This document shows positions 30,484-39,279 of a DNA stretch of 64,000 bases, piece by piece (positions within the stretch are counted from its first letter, which is position 1; each line of letters begins with the position of its first letter). The notes under the pieces were generated by a model. The model had not been told where the DNA came from and searched no databases. It worked only from the letters and a program-made list of their open reading frames with translations. The DNA comes from Candidatus Dormiibacterota bacterium (GTDB lineage Bacteria > Chloroflexota > Dormibacteria > Aeolococcales > Aeolococcaceae). A program made the position numbers and the translations under genes. The DNA is taken from contig OY970355.1 in the NCBI GenBank assembly GCA_963718525.1, positions 224,001-288,000 on the forward strand. The letters run 5' to 3'.

Positions 30484-31090
30484 GGCGCAGGTGTCTGCCG
30501 TCTGCGCGATGGGCATCGAGGCATGGGGCGTGCGGCGGCGGGCACGAGATCTCCGCGTCGTCCAGATCGGCATCGGCGGCAGGCCACCAGCCGCGCTGCC
30601 GGGAATCGTGATCAGCGCTGGGCTCTGCGGCGGCCTGCTCCCCGAGCAGACCCCGGGCACGGTGGTCATTCCCAGTCAGGTTGTCGATGAGCAGGGTGTG
30701 ATCCACCCGTGTGACCCCGGCGTTGTTGCGGCGCTCGAGCGAGCGGCACGCTACCTCCGGCTGCCTGTGGCGGGCGGGTCGCTCATCTCGACCTCGGGCA
30801 TGGTGACCGGTGCCGCCCGTGCGACATGGGCAGAACGAGGTCATGTCGCGGTGGACATGGAATCGGCCGCAGCCGCCGCATCATCGAACCGCTTCGGTGT
30901 GCTTCGGGTGATCCTCGACACGCCGTCTCGCGAACTCTCGGATGCGTGGGCCGCACCGGCTCGCGCCATCCGGCAGCCCTCCAACTGGAGCGAGGCCGTC
31001 TGGCTCGGCATCAACGCGCCGCGTTTCGCGCTCCGGGTTGGCGCGATCCTAGAGGCGGCCTTCCTCGGCAATATCCACCCCGAGGTATAG
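30473..31090 (+). CDS. hpnG: HpnG-like nucleoside phosphorylase
   Basis: SAGLCGGL, AVDMESAA, LRVILD; located in the hpn cluster. Confidence 0.75.
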   Translation: MPPEAQVSAVCAMGIEAWGVRRRARDLRVVQIGIGGRPPAALPGIVISAGLCGGLLPEQTPGTVVIPSQVVDEQGVIHPCDPGVVAALERAARYLRLPVAGGSLISTSGMVTGAARATWAERGHVAVDMESAAAAASSNRFGVLRVILDTPSRELSDAWAAPARAIRQPSNWSEAVWLGINAPRFALRVGAILEAAFLGNIHPEV

Positions 31091-31555
31091 CTGCACCGCT
31101 CCGCGCAGCAGCTGCGCGACCCCTGGCATATCGAAGTCATCGGCCATCTGGTGCAGCGCGGCACGCTGGGCGTGCAGCGCCGCCTCGACCACCCGGCAAC
31201 CGGCCTCGGTCAGCCCCACGCGAACCATGCGCCGGTCGGGTGCCGCGCGAAGCGTCCGCACCAGCCCGCGTGCGTTCAGCTCGTGAACCATCAGCGACAC
31301 GCGTGCCTCCGGCGCTTGGATGAGATCCGCGAGGTCACCCTGGACACATCCTTCGGTTCCGGCGGCGCCCGCCTCGAGAAGAAGGTGATACTGCAGCGGG
31401 CTCAGATCGTGCTGCGCGAGGGATCGATTGATCTGGATCATCGCCTGCCGGAACCCGCGCCGAAAGACCGCCGCGAGCCGGAGATCGTCGATCGTGGCGT
31501 CCTGGAAGAATTCGGTGGTCCGAGCCTCGGGTTGAAGTTTTGCTGCCAGCGTCAC
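31049..31555 (-). CDS. MarR-family transcriptional regulator
   Basis: LSPLQYHLL, winged helix, DRR.V.V.LTEAG. Confidence 0.88.
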   Translation of the reverse strand: MTLAAKLQPEARTTEFFQDATIDDLRLAAVFRRGFRQAMIQINRSLAQHDLSPLQYHLLLEAGAAGTEGCVQGDLADLIQAPEARVSLMVHELNARGLVRTLRAAPDRRMVRVGLTEAGCRVVEAALHAQRAALHQMADDFDMPGVAQLLRGAVQLYLGVDIAEEGRL

Positions 31556-31689
31556 GCCTTCGACTTTACAAGGTGGGGAAGGGTCAGCCGGCTGCCAATG
31601 GGCGGTCTATAGCAAATGTTTATTAACAGACGGTAAAAAACGGTGAAGCTCTCGCAAGGCAGTTCCATCTACTCAGCACGGCGTTGTCA

Positions 31690-31812
31690 GGATGCTCGCC
31701 CAGGGGCCACATCTGAGGGGGGATGCCAGCCAGGGGGATGGTGCCTAGGGGGCGGGCCCACCGGATGGGAGCGCAGCCCGCGTCGAGCGGGCTACGCCTC
31801 TCTCCCACCCTC
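31690..31812 (+). repeat. Four AGGGG(GG) units at ~15-nt period followed by a long hairpin; possible ncRNA
   Basis: G-runs at 31703, 31717, 31733 and 31748; hairpin GCGCAGCCCGC/GCGGGCTACGC at 31771-31797. Confidence 0.45.
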
Positions 31813-31836
31813 CGACAGCAGGCTGGCTCGCTGGGC

Positions 31837-32460
31837 TTACGCCGGGGTCCGGTCGGGGATGGTGCGGCCGAGCGCGCGGAGCGCCCGAATGTACTTGGGG
31901 GTGCTCTCCGGCTCGCCGGAGCCGGCCGCTGCAAGTCGAGTCATTACGGCATCGATCAGGGCGTCATCGGCAGCGAAGAGTTCCATCTCGACCTCGCGGA
32001 AGGTCTCCACCACGCTGTCGCCGGAGTACACCGACACCCGATCGTCTGCCACCTCGGCACGCCGCTCGCGCTGCGCAACGAGATCGACTGTGTGGCGGTC
32101 GGTGACGAGGCGCGCGATCGGACGAAGCACGACGTCGCCAACCACCGGGCGGATCACGTCGAGGACCGACTGAGGTGGCATGTCGGGGGGCCCTGTGAAA
32201 TCGGACTCCTCGCGGGACACGGCGTGGCCCACCATCCGGCTGCCGGCCTTGAGGGTCCATTTGCCGGGCTCGCCGGGCGCGCTGCGGTGGCGCAGGCCCA
32301 AGCCGGCGCGGAGCAACGTCAGGTCGTCGGTGTCCCAATACGTTGCCGACAGCTCGACGGTGCCGCGATCCACCGCGTGCGTCCCCTCCACCACCCCGTC
32401 GAGGTCGGGAAGCACGAAGTCAGGGCCGACCGGGATCTTGATCTCGCGTTCTTCTGGCAT
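31837..32460 (-). CDS. CYTH domain protein
   Basis: EREIK (ExExK), YWDT, LRHR, WTLK, EVEME, PKY. Confidence 0.88.
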   Translation of the reverse strand: MPEEREIKIPVGPDFVLPDLDGVVEGTHAVDRGTVELSATYWDTDDLTLLRAGLGLRHRSAPGEPGKWTLKAGSRMVGHAVSREESDFTGPPDMPPQSVLDVIRPVVGDVVLRPIARLVTDRHTVDLVAQRERRAEVADDRVSVYSGDSVVETFREVEMELFAADDALIDAVMTRLAAAGSGEPESTPKYIRALRALGRTIPDRTPA

Positions 32461-32520
32461 GGCCGATGACTCTAACCCGCCGCGCCTGGCGCCGAAGCGA
32501 CCAACGGCACGCCGGTGCCA

Positions 32521-33000
32521 TCAGAGAAATTCCTCGAAGCCCGGCCATGCCGACACCATCTGGCGGCGCAACTCATCCGAGAGCGGGAGGTACGTCCCGG
32601 TGGCCTCAGCAACCGCGCTGCCGTCGGGGAGGAGGACACGCCCCTCGGTGTGGAGCGCGCGGCGCATCAGACGGTTGATACGACCTTCGACACGAAGCTC
32701 GGTGCCGAGCGGCGCAGCCCGCCGGAAGCGCACCTCGAGTCGACCGGTGACCACCCAGTGTCGATGCAGCGCCGAGCATCGCCCCATCGCGTCATCGAGC
32801 ACTGCGCTGATGATGCCCCCATGGGCAAATCCCGGGAACCCGGCATGATCATCGCCCGGCGTCCAGCGGGTGAACACGAGGTTGCCCTCCAGCTCGTACT
32901 GCAGGTGCAGTCCCGAAGGGTTGCGCAGACCGTGCACCCAGTTCTGCTGGAACTCACTGCGATCGTTGAGCCACGCCGGGTCGATGTCGTGGTTGATCAC
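32521..33000 (-). CDS. PaaI-family thioesterase
   Basis: GFAHGGIISAVLDDAMG hotdog-fold motif. Confidence 0.9.
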   Translation of the reverse strand: MINHDIDPAWLNDRSEFQQNWVHGLRNPSGLHLQYELEGNLVFTRWTPGDDHAGFPGFAHGGIISAVLDDAMGRCSALHRHWVVTGRLEVRFRRAAPLGTELRVEGRINRLMRRALHTEGRVLLPDGSAVAEATGTYLPLSDELRRQMVSAWPGFEEFL

Positions 33001-34253
33001 GCTGGTGACAAGCGGTCGAGCCCACCGAGATACGCGCGCAGTGGTTCCGGGATGACGACACTCCCGTCAGCCTGCTGGTAGGTCTCGAGCAGCGCATCGA
33101 ATGTGCGCGGCACGCCGAGCGCGCTGCCGTTCAGCGTGTGCACGTGACGCGGCTTCTCTCCAGGCGAGGGACGGTAGCGAATGTGGGCGCGTCGCGCCTG
33201 GAAATCTGCGAACACCGAGCACGACGACACCTCGAGCCATTGCCGCATCCCGGGCGCCCAGACCTCGACGTCGTACTTCTTCCACTGCGCGAAGCCAAGG
33301 TCACCGCTGCACATGAGCAGGACCCGGTAGTGGAGGTCGAGCCGTTGCAGCACCTGCTCGGCGTGCGAGGTGATCAGCTCGAGCTCCTCCAGCGAAGCTT
33401 CGGGCGTGGTGAAGCGCACCATCTCGACCTTCTCGAACTGGTGCAGGCGGATGTACCCGCGCGTGTCCTTTCCCGCAGCGCCGGCCTCCCGCCGCCAGCA
33501 CGGGGTGAGCGCCACGTGCGCGATCGGCAGCTGCGCTCCCTCGAGAATCTCACCCGAATAGAGATTCGTGACCGGGACCTCTGCCGTGGGGATGAGAAAG
33601 AGCCCGTCGTCCACGTGATATGCCTCGTCCTCGAACTTCGGCAGCTGCGCGGTCCCGACCATCGCCTCACGGCGCACCAGGAATGGTGGTGCGATCTCGG
33701 TGTAGCCGTGCTCGCGGGCGACGTCGAGCATGAACGAGGTCAACGCACGCTGGAGCCGCGCACCGTCGCCGCGCAGCACCACGAAGCGCGAGCCGCTGAT
33801 CTTCACGGCTCGCTCGAAGTCGAACACGCCGAGACGCTCGCCGATGTCGTAATGCGGCAGCGGCTCGAATGCGAAGCTCGATGCATCGCCCCACGTGCGC
33901 GCGACTACATTGTCCTCGGGACCGCCGCCATCGGGAACACTCTCGTGCGGCGGATTCGGCACCTCCAGCAACAGTGCATCGAGGCGCTGGTCGAGCTCGG
34001 TGAGACGTGCCTCGCCGTCCTGGATGCGCTGCTTGAGCGCCGTCAGTGACGCACGCTGCTCGTCGGACGGCTTGCCTCGCAGAGCAGCCGACGCCGCGCG
34101 CTGCTCGGCGCGCGCCTGCTCGACGCTGGTGCGCAGAGTGCGGACCTCGGCGTCGAGAGCCAGGAGCTCGTCGATCGGCGCGGCCTCCCCTTTCCGGCGG
34201 GCGCCCTCGCGAACCGAGTCCGGGTCGTCGCGGATGCGCTGCAGCGACAGCAT
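32997..34253 (-). CDS. serS: Serine-tRNA ligase
   Basis: LIPTAEVP, RREAG, RLHQFEKVE, EVSSCS, HTLNGS. Confidence 0.97.
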   Translation of the reverse strand: MLSLQRIRDDPDSVREGARRKGEAAPIDELLALDAEVRTLRTSVEQARAEQRAASAALRGKPSDEQRASLTALKQRIQDGEARLTELDQRLDALLLEVPNPPHESVPDGGGPEDNVVARTWGDASSFAFEPLPHYDIGERLGVFDFERAVKISGSRFVVLRGDGARLQRALTSFMLDVAREHGYTEIAPPFLVRREAMVGTAQLPKFEDEAYHVDDGLFLIPTAEVPVTNLYSGEILEGAQLPIAHVALTPCWRREAGAAGKDTRGYIRLHQFEKVEMVRFTTPEASLEELELITSHAEQVLQRLDLHYRVLLMCSGDLGFAQWKKYDVEVWAPGMRQWLEVSSCSVFADFQARRAHIRYRPSPGEKPRHVHTLNGSALGVPRTFDALLETYQQADGSVVIPEPLRAYLGGLDRLSPA

Positions 34254-35794
34254 CAGCTGTCGCCGCGGTGCTGCGGGCGCATGGTGGGGAACAGCAACAC
34301 GTCGCGGATTGTCGCCGAGTTGGTGAGCACCATCACCAGCCGGTCGACGCCGACACCAAGCCCACCGGCAGGGGGCATGCCCACCTCGATCGCCTCGAGG
34401 AAGTCCTCATCGATGGGCGGGATCTCCGAGTCGCCGGCGGCCCGGAGGCGCGCCTGCTCTTCGAATCGTGCGCGCTGATCGATCGGATCGTTGAGCTCGC
34501 TGAAGGCGTTGGCCATCTCTCGTCCGGCAATGATCAGCTCGAATCGCTCGACGAAACGTGGATCCGCGCGATGACGCCGGGCGAGCGGGCTCACCTCGGC
34601 CGGGTAGTCGAGCACGAAGGTCGGATCCCACAGCTCGGCTTCGACGCGCTGCTCATAGATCTCGAGCAACACCGCGCCGGAACCGAGGTCGGGCGCAACC
34701 TCGACGCCGATCTCCGCGGCAACCTCGTGCATTCGGTCCCACGATGCACGCGCGTCGACGCCGGTATATTCGCGGACGAGGTCGACCATGGTCGCGGCTC
34801 GATACGGTGGCCGAAGATCGAGCGACCGTCCGAACACGGTGCGCAGCAAGGGGTCTTCGCACGGTGCGCTGCCACCCACTTCGGCTTCGGCCACCTGGGG
34901 TCCCGCAGCATTGGCGGCCGCCACGATCAGCGACTCGGTGAGCTCACGCATATCGTCGTAGGTGGCGTACGCCTGATACGCCTCGAGCATGGTGAACTCC
35001 GGGTTGTGCCGGGGTGAGAGTCCTTCGTTGCGAAAGACGCGACCGACCTCGTAGACGCGCGCGTAACCGCCGACGATCAGACGCTTGAGGTGCAGCTCGA
35101 TGGCGATGCGCAGGTACACGTCGGTGTGCAGTGCGTTCCAGTGGGTCTCGAAGGGCAGCGCATGACCGCCGCCAGGGATCGGCTGCAGGATGGGCGTCTC
35201 GACTTCGAGAAAGCCTCGCTGGTCAAGGGTTGCGCGCAGGGCGCGAATGACGCGCGTTCGGGTCGCGAAGTGCCTGCGCTGCGCGGCATTGCTGAGCAGG
35301 TCGAGGTAGCGCTTGCGGTACCGCGTCTCCTGGTCCTGGAGACCGTGAAACTTCTCCGGTGGCGCGTGCAGCGCCTTGACGAGCAAGGTGACCGTGTCGA
35401 CGAGCACGCTCGGTTCACCCCGTCGCGTGCGCGTGATCGGTCCCGTGATCCCGACGATGTCGCCGAGGTCGAGCATCTCCACCATCGCGTGGGCACCGCC
35501 GGGGCGATCAGCGCGAAACCACATCTGCAGGCGGCCGGTCTCGTCCTCGACGTGGGCGAATGCGGCACCGCCCAGGTCGCGCAGCTGCATGATCCGGCCG
35601 GCCACCGCCACAACGGGGCGGTCCGGTGCATCGACATCGGCGTCGGGGTGATCGGACTCATACGCAACCAGCAACCGGCGCGCCTCGTCCATGGTCGCGT
35701 TCGGCGCGAAGTCGACGCCGTAGGCCGGAATCCCGCGCGCGGCGAGCTCATCGACCTTGCGCCGGCGCTCCGCGGAGTGGTCGTCGGATGGCAT
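34253..35794 (-). CDS. lysS: Lysine-tRNA ligase (class II)
   Basis: RYRKRYLDL, LRIAIELHLKRL, FRNEG...HNPEFT, GMPPAGGLGVGVDRL. Confidence 0.97.
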   Translation of the reverse strand: MPSDDHSAERRRKVDELAARGIPAYGVDFAPNATMDEARRLLVAYESDHPDADVDAPDRPVVAVAGRIMQLRDLGGAAFAHVEDETGRLQMWFRADRPGGAHAMVEMLDLGDIVGITGPITRTRRGEPSVLVDTVTLLVKALHAPPEKFHGLQDQETRYRKRYLDLLSNAAQRRHFATRTRVIRALRATLDQRGFLEVETPILQPIPGGGHALPFETHWNALHTDVYLRIAIELHLKRLIVGGYARVYEVGRVFRNEGLSPRHNPEFTMLEAYQAYATYDDMRELTESLIVAAANAAGPQVAEAEVGGSAPCEDPLLRTVFGRSLDLRPPYRAATMVDLVREYTGVDARASWDRMHEVAAEIGVEVAPDLGSGAVLLEIYEQRVEAELWDPTFVLDYPAEVSPLARRHRADPRFVERFELIIAGREMANAFSELNDPIDQRARFEEQARLRAAGDSEIPPIDEDFLEAIEVGMPPAGGLGVGVDRLVMVLTNSATIRDVLLFPTMRPQHRGDS

Positions 35795-35851
35795 GCGGCC
35801 TATCTTCCCCGCCGGGGCGCGGTGCGTGCGCTTGACGCGCCCCGCACGACG

Positions 35852-36313
35852 CTAGTTGATCTTGACGATCTTGATCTGTCGCGATCCACCGGGGCTGACC
35901 ACGTCGACCGTGTCGCCCACGCTGTGACCGAGCAACGCCTTGCCGACCGGCAACTCCATCGAGATCCGCCCCTCGGCAACATCAACCTCCGCGGGGCCGA
36001 CAATCGTGAGCGTCTGTTTCCCGAAGTCATCCTTCACGTCGACGGTGGTGCCGACGCTCACGATGCCGCTCTCACTGCCCTCTTCGATGATCACGGCATT
36101 GCGGAGCATGTTCTCAATCACGAGGATGCGACCCTCGAGCATTCCCTGCTCGTTCTTCGCCTCGTCGTATTCGGCATTCTCCGAGATATCGCCGAAGTCC
36201 TTGGCGTACTTGATGCGCTCGGCCACCTCGGAGCGACGAACCGTGCGCAATTCCTCCAATTCGTGTTCAAGCTTCACGAGACCGTCTCGCGTCAGCAATA
36301 CAGGTTTGTCCAT
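35852..36313 (-). CDS. greA: Transcription elongation factor GreA
   Basis: GDISENAEYDEAK, IVGPAE, PVGKALLG. Confidence 0.96.
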   Translation of the reverse strand: MDKPVLLTRDGLVKLEHELEELRTVRRSEVAERIKYAKDFGDISENAEYDEAKNEQGMLEGRILVIENMLRNAVIIEEGSESGIVSVGTTVDVKDDFGKQTLTIVGPAEVDVAEGRISMELPVGKALLGHSVGDTVDVVSPGGSRQIKIVKIN

Positions 36314-36425
36314 TCAATTCCCTGGGTAATGCAAAGTTGGCGGAGTATTCGGCGGCCTCCGCTCTGCGGAGCCCGGAGTATAGGCGAGCCACTTACAACG
36401 CTGCGTAACAACTTGTCGTTATTCC

Positions 36426-36454
36426 TTGACGGAATTGGCTCTGGTTCATATGAT
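36426..36454 (+). promoter_or_regulatory. Near-consensus sigma70/sigmaA promoter with no downstream sense ORF
   Basis: TTGACG (36426-31), 17-bp spacer, TATGAT (36449-54). Confidence 0.7.
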
Positions 36455-36459
36455 CCGCA

Positions 36460-36538
36460 GCGAGGTCGCGGCGGGACCTCTTTTACTGCCCCCCCTCTCG
36501 GGGCGTCTCTGGTTTCCAGAGGCGCCCTTCTTCTTTTC
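36460..36538 (+). ncRNA. Candidate ~80-nt small RNA with C-rich single-stranded segment
   Basis: Promoter directly upstream; 5' hairpin GAGGTC/GACCTC; TTTTACTGCCCCCCCTCTC; terminal hairpin plus T-rich tail. Confidence 0.55.
36501..36538 (+). terminator. Intrinsic terminator
   Basis: GGGCGTCTCTGG-TTT-CCAGAGGCGCCC followed by TTCTTCTTTT. Confidence 0.75.
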
Positions 36539-36542
36539 CCGT

Positions 36543-37583
36543 CTAACCCTCGCCGCTGACGAACAGGGGGCGGAACCAACCTTCGGGATGCGGTCCCGCC
36601 GCAAGCGCGCGGCCGAGCAGCGCGTCGAGCAACTCCCGCGTGTCCATCGTCTGGACCTCGGCGCGAAGCCGCGCGGCCCCCGCGCATCCGCGGATCGTCC
36701 AGGCGACATATTTGCGGCCGATGCGCAGCGCACGCGGTTCGCCGTGGTACGCGCAGAGCATGTCGAGGTGGCGTCGAGCCAGCGCGACGCGTTCGGGAAA
36801 CTCGAGGTCGGGCAGGATCGTGCCGGTCGCGAGTCGATGGACCGCCTGGCGGACGAACCAGAAGTTGCCGAGCATGCCGCGAGCGATCACCACCCCGTCG
36901 ACCATTCCCAACTCGATGCGCCGGGCAAGGGTGTCCACGTCCTCGACATCACCGCTGCCGAACACAGGGACGCCCACCGCCTCCTTCACCCGCGCGATCT
37001 GCGCCCAGTCGGCTGCTCCCTCGTACTTCTGACAGCGGGTCCGGCCGTGCACGGTCACCGCAGCGGCCCCAACGTCCTCGAGCGCGCGGGCGAGCTCGGG
37101 GGCATTGATCGTGGACGCGTCCCAGCCTATGCGCATCTTCACGGTGACGGGGACCGGGACCGCCTCCACCATCGCCGCGACCACCCTCGAGGTCGCCCGC
37201 ACGTCGCGGGCGAGGGCGGCGCCGCTTCCCCGGCTCACCACCTTCGGGACCGGGCACCCGAGGTTGATGTCGACGAGCACCGCCCCGCGCTCGACGCAGA
37301 CCTGAGCCGCATCCGCCATCACGGCGGGATCGGATCCGACCAGCTGGGCTGCCACCGGCGAGACCCCGGCGGGGAAGTCGAGGAGATGGAGGGCTGCCTC
37401 GGTACTTCGAACCACCGCCTCGGCGGCGACCATCTCCGTGGAAACCAGCCCCGCGCCGAACTCGCGGCACAACTCCCGGCACGGGGCGTCGGTGATCCCC
37501 ACCATCGGCGCCACCAGGATCGGTGACGAGAGTTCGAGGCCGCCGATCTCGAGGGGACGGAGCGCAGTCGCAGCGAGAGCCAT
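36543..37583 (-). CDS. dusB: tRNA-dihydrouridine synthase DusB-like
   Basis: APMVGITD, DINLGCP, VTVKMRIGW, VHGRTR. Confidence 0.9.
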   Translation of the reverse strand: MALAATALRPLEIGGLELSSPILVAPMVGITDAPCRELCREFGAGLVSTEMVAAEAVVRSTEAALHLLDFPAGVSPVAAQLVGSDPAVMADAAQVCVERGAVLVDINLGCPVPKVVSRGSGAALARDVRATSRVVAAMVEAVPVPVTVKMRIGWDASTINAPELARALEDVGAAAVTVHGRTRCQKYEGAADWAQIARVKEAVGVPVFGSGDVEDVDTLARRIELGMVDGVVIARGMLGNFWFVRQAVHRLATGTILPDLEFPERVALARRHLDMLCAYHGEPRALRIGRKYVAWTIRGCAGAARLRAEVQTMDTRELLDALLGRALAAGPHPEGWFRPLFVSGEG

Positions 37584-37614
37584 CGCCCCATGGTACGGGG
37601 AGGGCCGGCTCGCC

Positions 37615-38379
37615 TCAGCGATTCTGCTCGTGGATCAGACGGAGCCCGTGGAGTGTGAGCCGCTCGTCGACGACGTCGATTGCGGGGATGAGCCGTGCGA
37701 GCGCGGGTGCCAGTCCACCGGTGGCGATCACCTTGGGCTGACCCTCCATCTCCCGACGGAACCGCCCCACCAGGCCTTCGACGAGGCCGACGTAGCCGAA
37801 GACGATGCCGGACTGCATGCTCGCGGTGGTCGAGTGGCCGATCGCTTCAACTGGAGCGACAAGCTCGACCCGGATGAGCATCGCGGCATGGCTCACCAGG
37901 GCGTCGTGACTGAGCTGGATCCCGGGGGCGATCGCGCCTCCCATGTAGTCCCCCTTCGCATCGATTGCATCGAAGGTCGTTGCCGTGCCGAAGTCCACCA
38001 GGATGCAGGGACCGCCGTAGAGGTCGTGGGCCGCGATCGCGTTGGCGATCCTGTCGGCCCCGACCCGGCGAGGGTCGTCGTACTGGATGCGGATGCCAGT
38101 CCGGGTGCCAGGCCCGACCACCATCGGCGCCGTATCGAAGTAGGTGTGGGAAAGTTCGTCGATGCTCCGCGCGAGCGTGGGAACCACGCTGCTGACCACG
38201 ACGGCGGTGACCTGCGCTGCAGCCAGGTCGCGGCGTCCGAGGAGGTCCACGAGAACAAGACCCAGCTCATCCCCGGTGAACCGGTCGTCGGTGTGGATCC
38301 GGAAGTCGGTGATCAGCGTGTCGCCGTCGAAAACCCCCACGACGATGTTGGTATTCCCGACGTCGATCGCGAGCAGCAT
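37615..38379 (-). CDS. coaX: Type III pantothenate kinase
   Basis: IDVGNTN, VGADR, VDFGTATTFD, GGAIAPG, IATGG. Confidence 0.96.
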   Translation of the reverse strand: MLLAIDVGNTNIVVGVFDGDTLITDFRIHTDDRFTGDELGLVLVDLLGRRDLAAAQVTAVVVSSVVPTLARSIDELSHTYFDTAPMVVGPGTRTGIRIQYDDPRRVGADRIANAIAAHDLYGGPCILVDFGTATTFDAIDAKGDYMGGAIAPGIQLSHDALVSHAAMLIRVELVAPVEAIGHSTTASMQSGIVFGYVGLVEGLVGRFRREMEGQPKVIATGGLAPALARLIPAIDVVDERLTLHGLRLIHEQNR

Positions 38380-38406
38380 GGCGGCGAGTGTAGGCATCAT
38401 CGCGCC

Positions 38407-39270
38407 GTGATCGCGCTCCTCGACATCGGAGGCACCAAGATCGCGGCCGCCGCAGGTCGCGGCACCGCCATCGGGATGGTCCGGCGCATCGCGACTCCCA
38501 TCGACTCGCCGCTCACGACGCTGCGGAGCCTTGTCGAGGGGGTGATGGGCGGCGTTCTCCCGGAAGCGATCGCGATCTCGGCACCCGGCCCGTTCGACCG
38601 CGCCTCGGGCGCGCTCCGCAACCCGCCGGGCATGCCCGCGTCATGGCACGGCCTCGAGATGGCGTACCTCCTCGGTCAGCGCTTCGACTGCCCGGTGGTC
38701 GTGGAGAACGATGCGAATTGCGCCGCGATCGCAGAGGCGCGAATCGGCGCCGGGGCCGGACATCCCACCGTTGTGTACTGGACCGTCTCGACGGGCATCG
38801 GATGCGGCGTCGTGCGCGACGGGCGGCTCGTCGTGGGACGGCACGACACCGAGGGCGGCCACATCGTGCTGTGGCCGTCGTGGCTCGGCGGTCCACCCTG
38901 CCACTGTGGCGGTGCGGGGTGCCTCGAGGCGCTGGCGAGTGGACGGGCGATCGCCCGGCGCTACGGAGTTGCCGCGGAGCATCTCAACGACCCGGAAGCA
39001 TGGGCCGAGATCGGCCGCTGGCTGGGGCTCGCGACAGTGAACGTCACGGCCCTCCATGACCCCGATGTGGTGATCTTCGGTGGCGGGGTGTGCGCGAGTT
39101 GGAGCCGGCTCTCGCCCGCTCTCTTCGAGACCGTGGAGCGCTCCCTGCGCCTCCAGACGCCGCCTGAGATCACTCGCGGCTCGCTGGGTGAGGACCGATC
39201 ACTGCTGGGTGCGCTGCTGATCGCCGAGGACAGCGGTGAGGATCCGGCGAGACTGCTGACGGCGCGGTAG
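38407..39270 (+). CDS. ROK family sugar kinase
   Basis: DIGGTKI, ENDANCAA, STGIGCG, EGGH, CHCG..GCLE. Confidence 0.92.
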   Translation: MIALLDIGGTKIAAAAGRGTAIGMVRRIATPIDSPLTTLRSLVEGVMGGVLPEAIAISAPGPFDRASGALRNPPGMPASWHGLEMAYLLGQRFDCPVVVENDANCAAIAEARIGAGAGHPTVVYWTVSTGIGCGVVRDGRLVVGRHDTEGGHIVLWPSWLGGPPCHCGGAGCLEALASGRAIARRYGVAAEHLNDPEAWAEIGRWLGLATVNVTALHDPDVVIFGGGVCASWSRLSPALFETVERSLRLQTPPEITRGSLGEDRSLLGALLIAEDSGEDPARLLTAR

Positions 39271-39279
39271 GCTGCGCCG

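Noticed and set aside
26437-35960. Leu (TTG, in GAG TTG) where Ser or a small residue is expected in HpnE (TIELAV) and GreA (MELPVG), suggesting codon reassignment or editing
   Set aside because: The same GAG TTG encodes an expected Leu in ThrC (GELIDLG). Two cases are explained more simply by point mutation or sequencing error.
35795-36425. T-box riboswitch upstream of lysS-serS or greA
   Set aside because: Gaps are short and no T-box (TGGNACCGCG-type) sequence with a terminator was found on the minus strand.
37438-38406. 610-aa ROK fusion protein suggested by the ORF track
   Set aside because: The N-terminal extension is simply the antisense of coaX; the ROK domain begins at GTG 38407.
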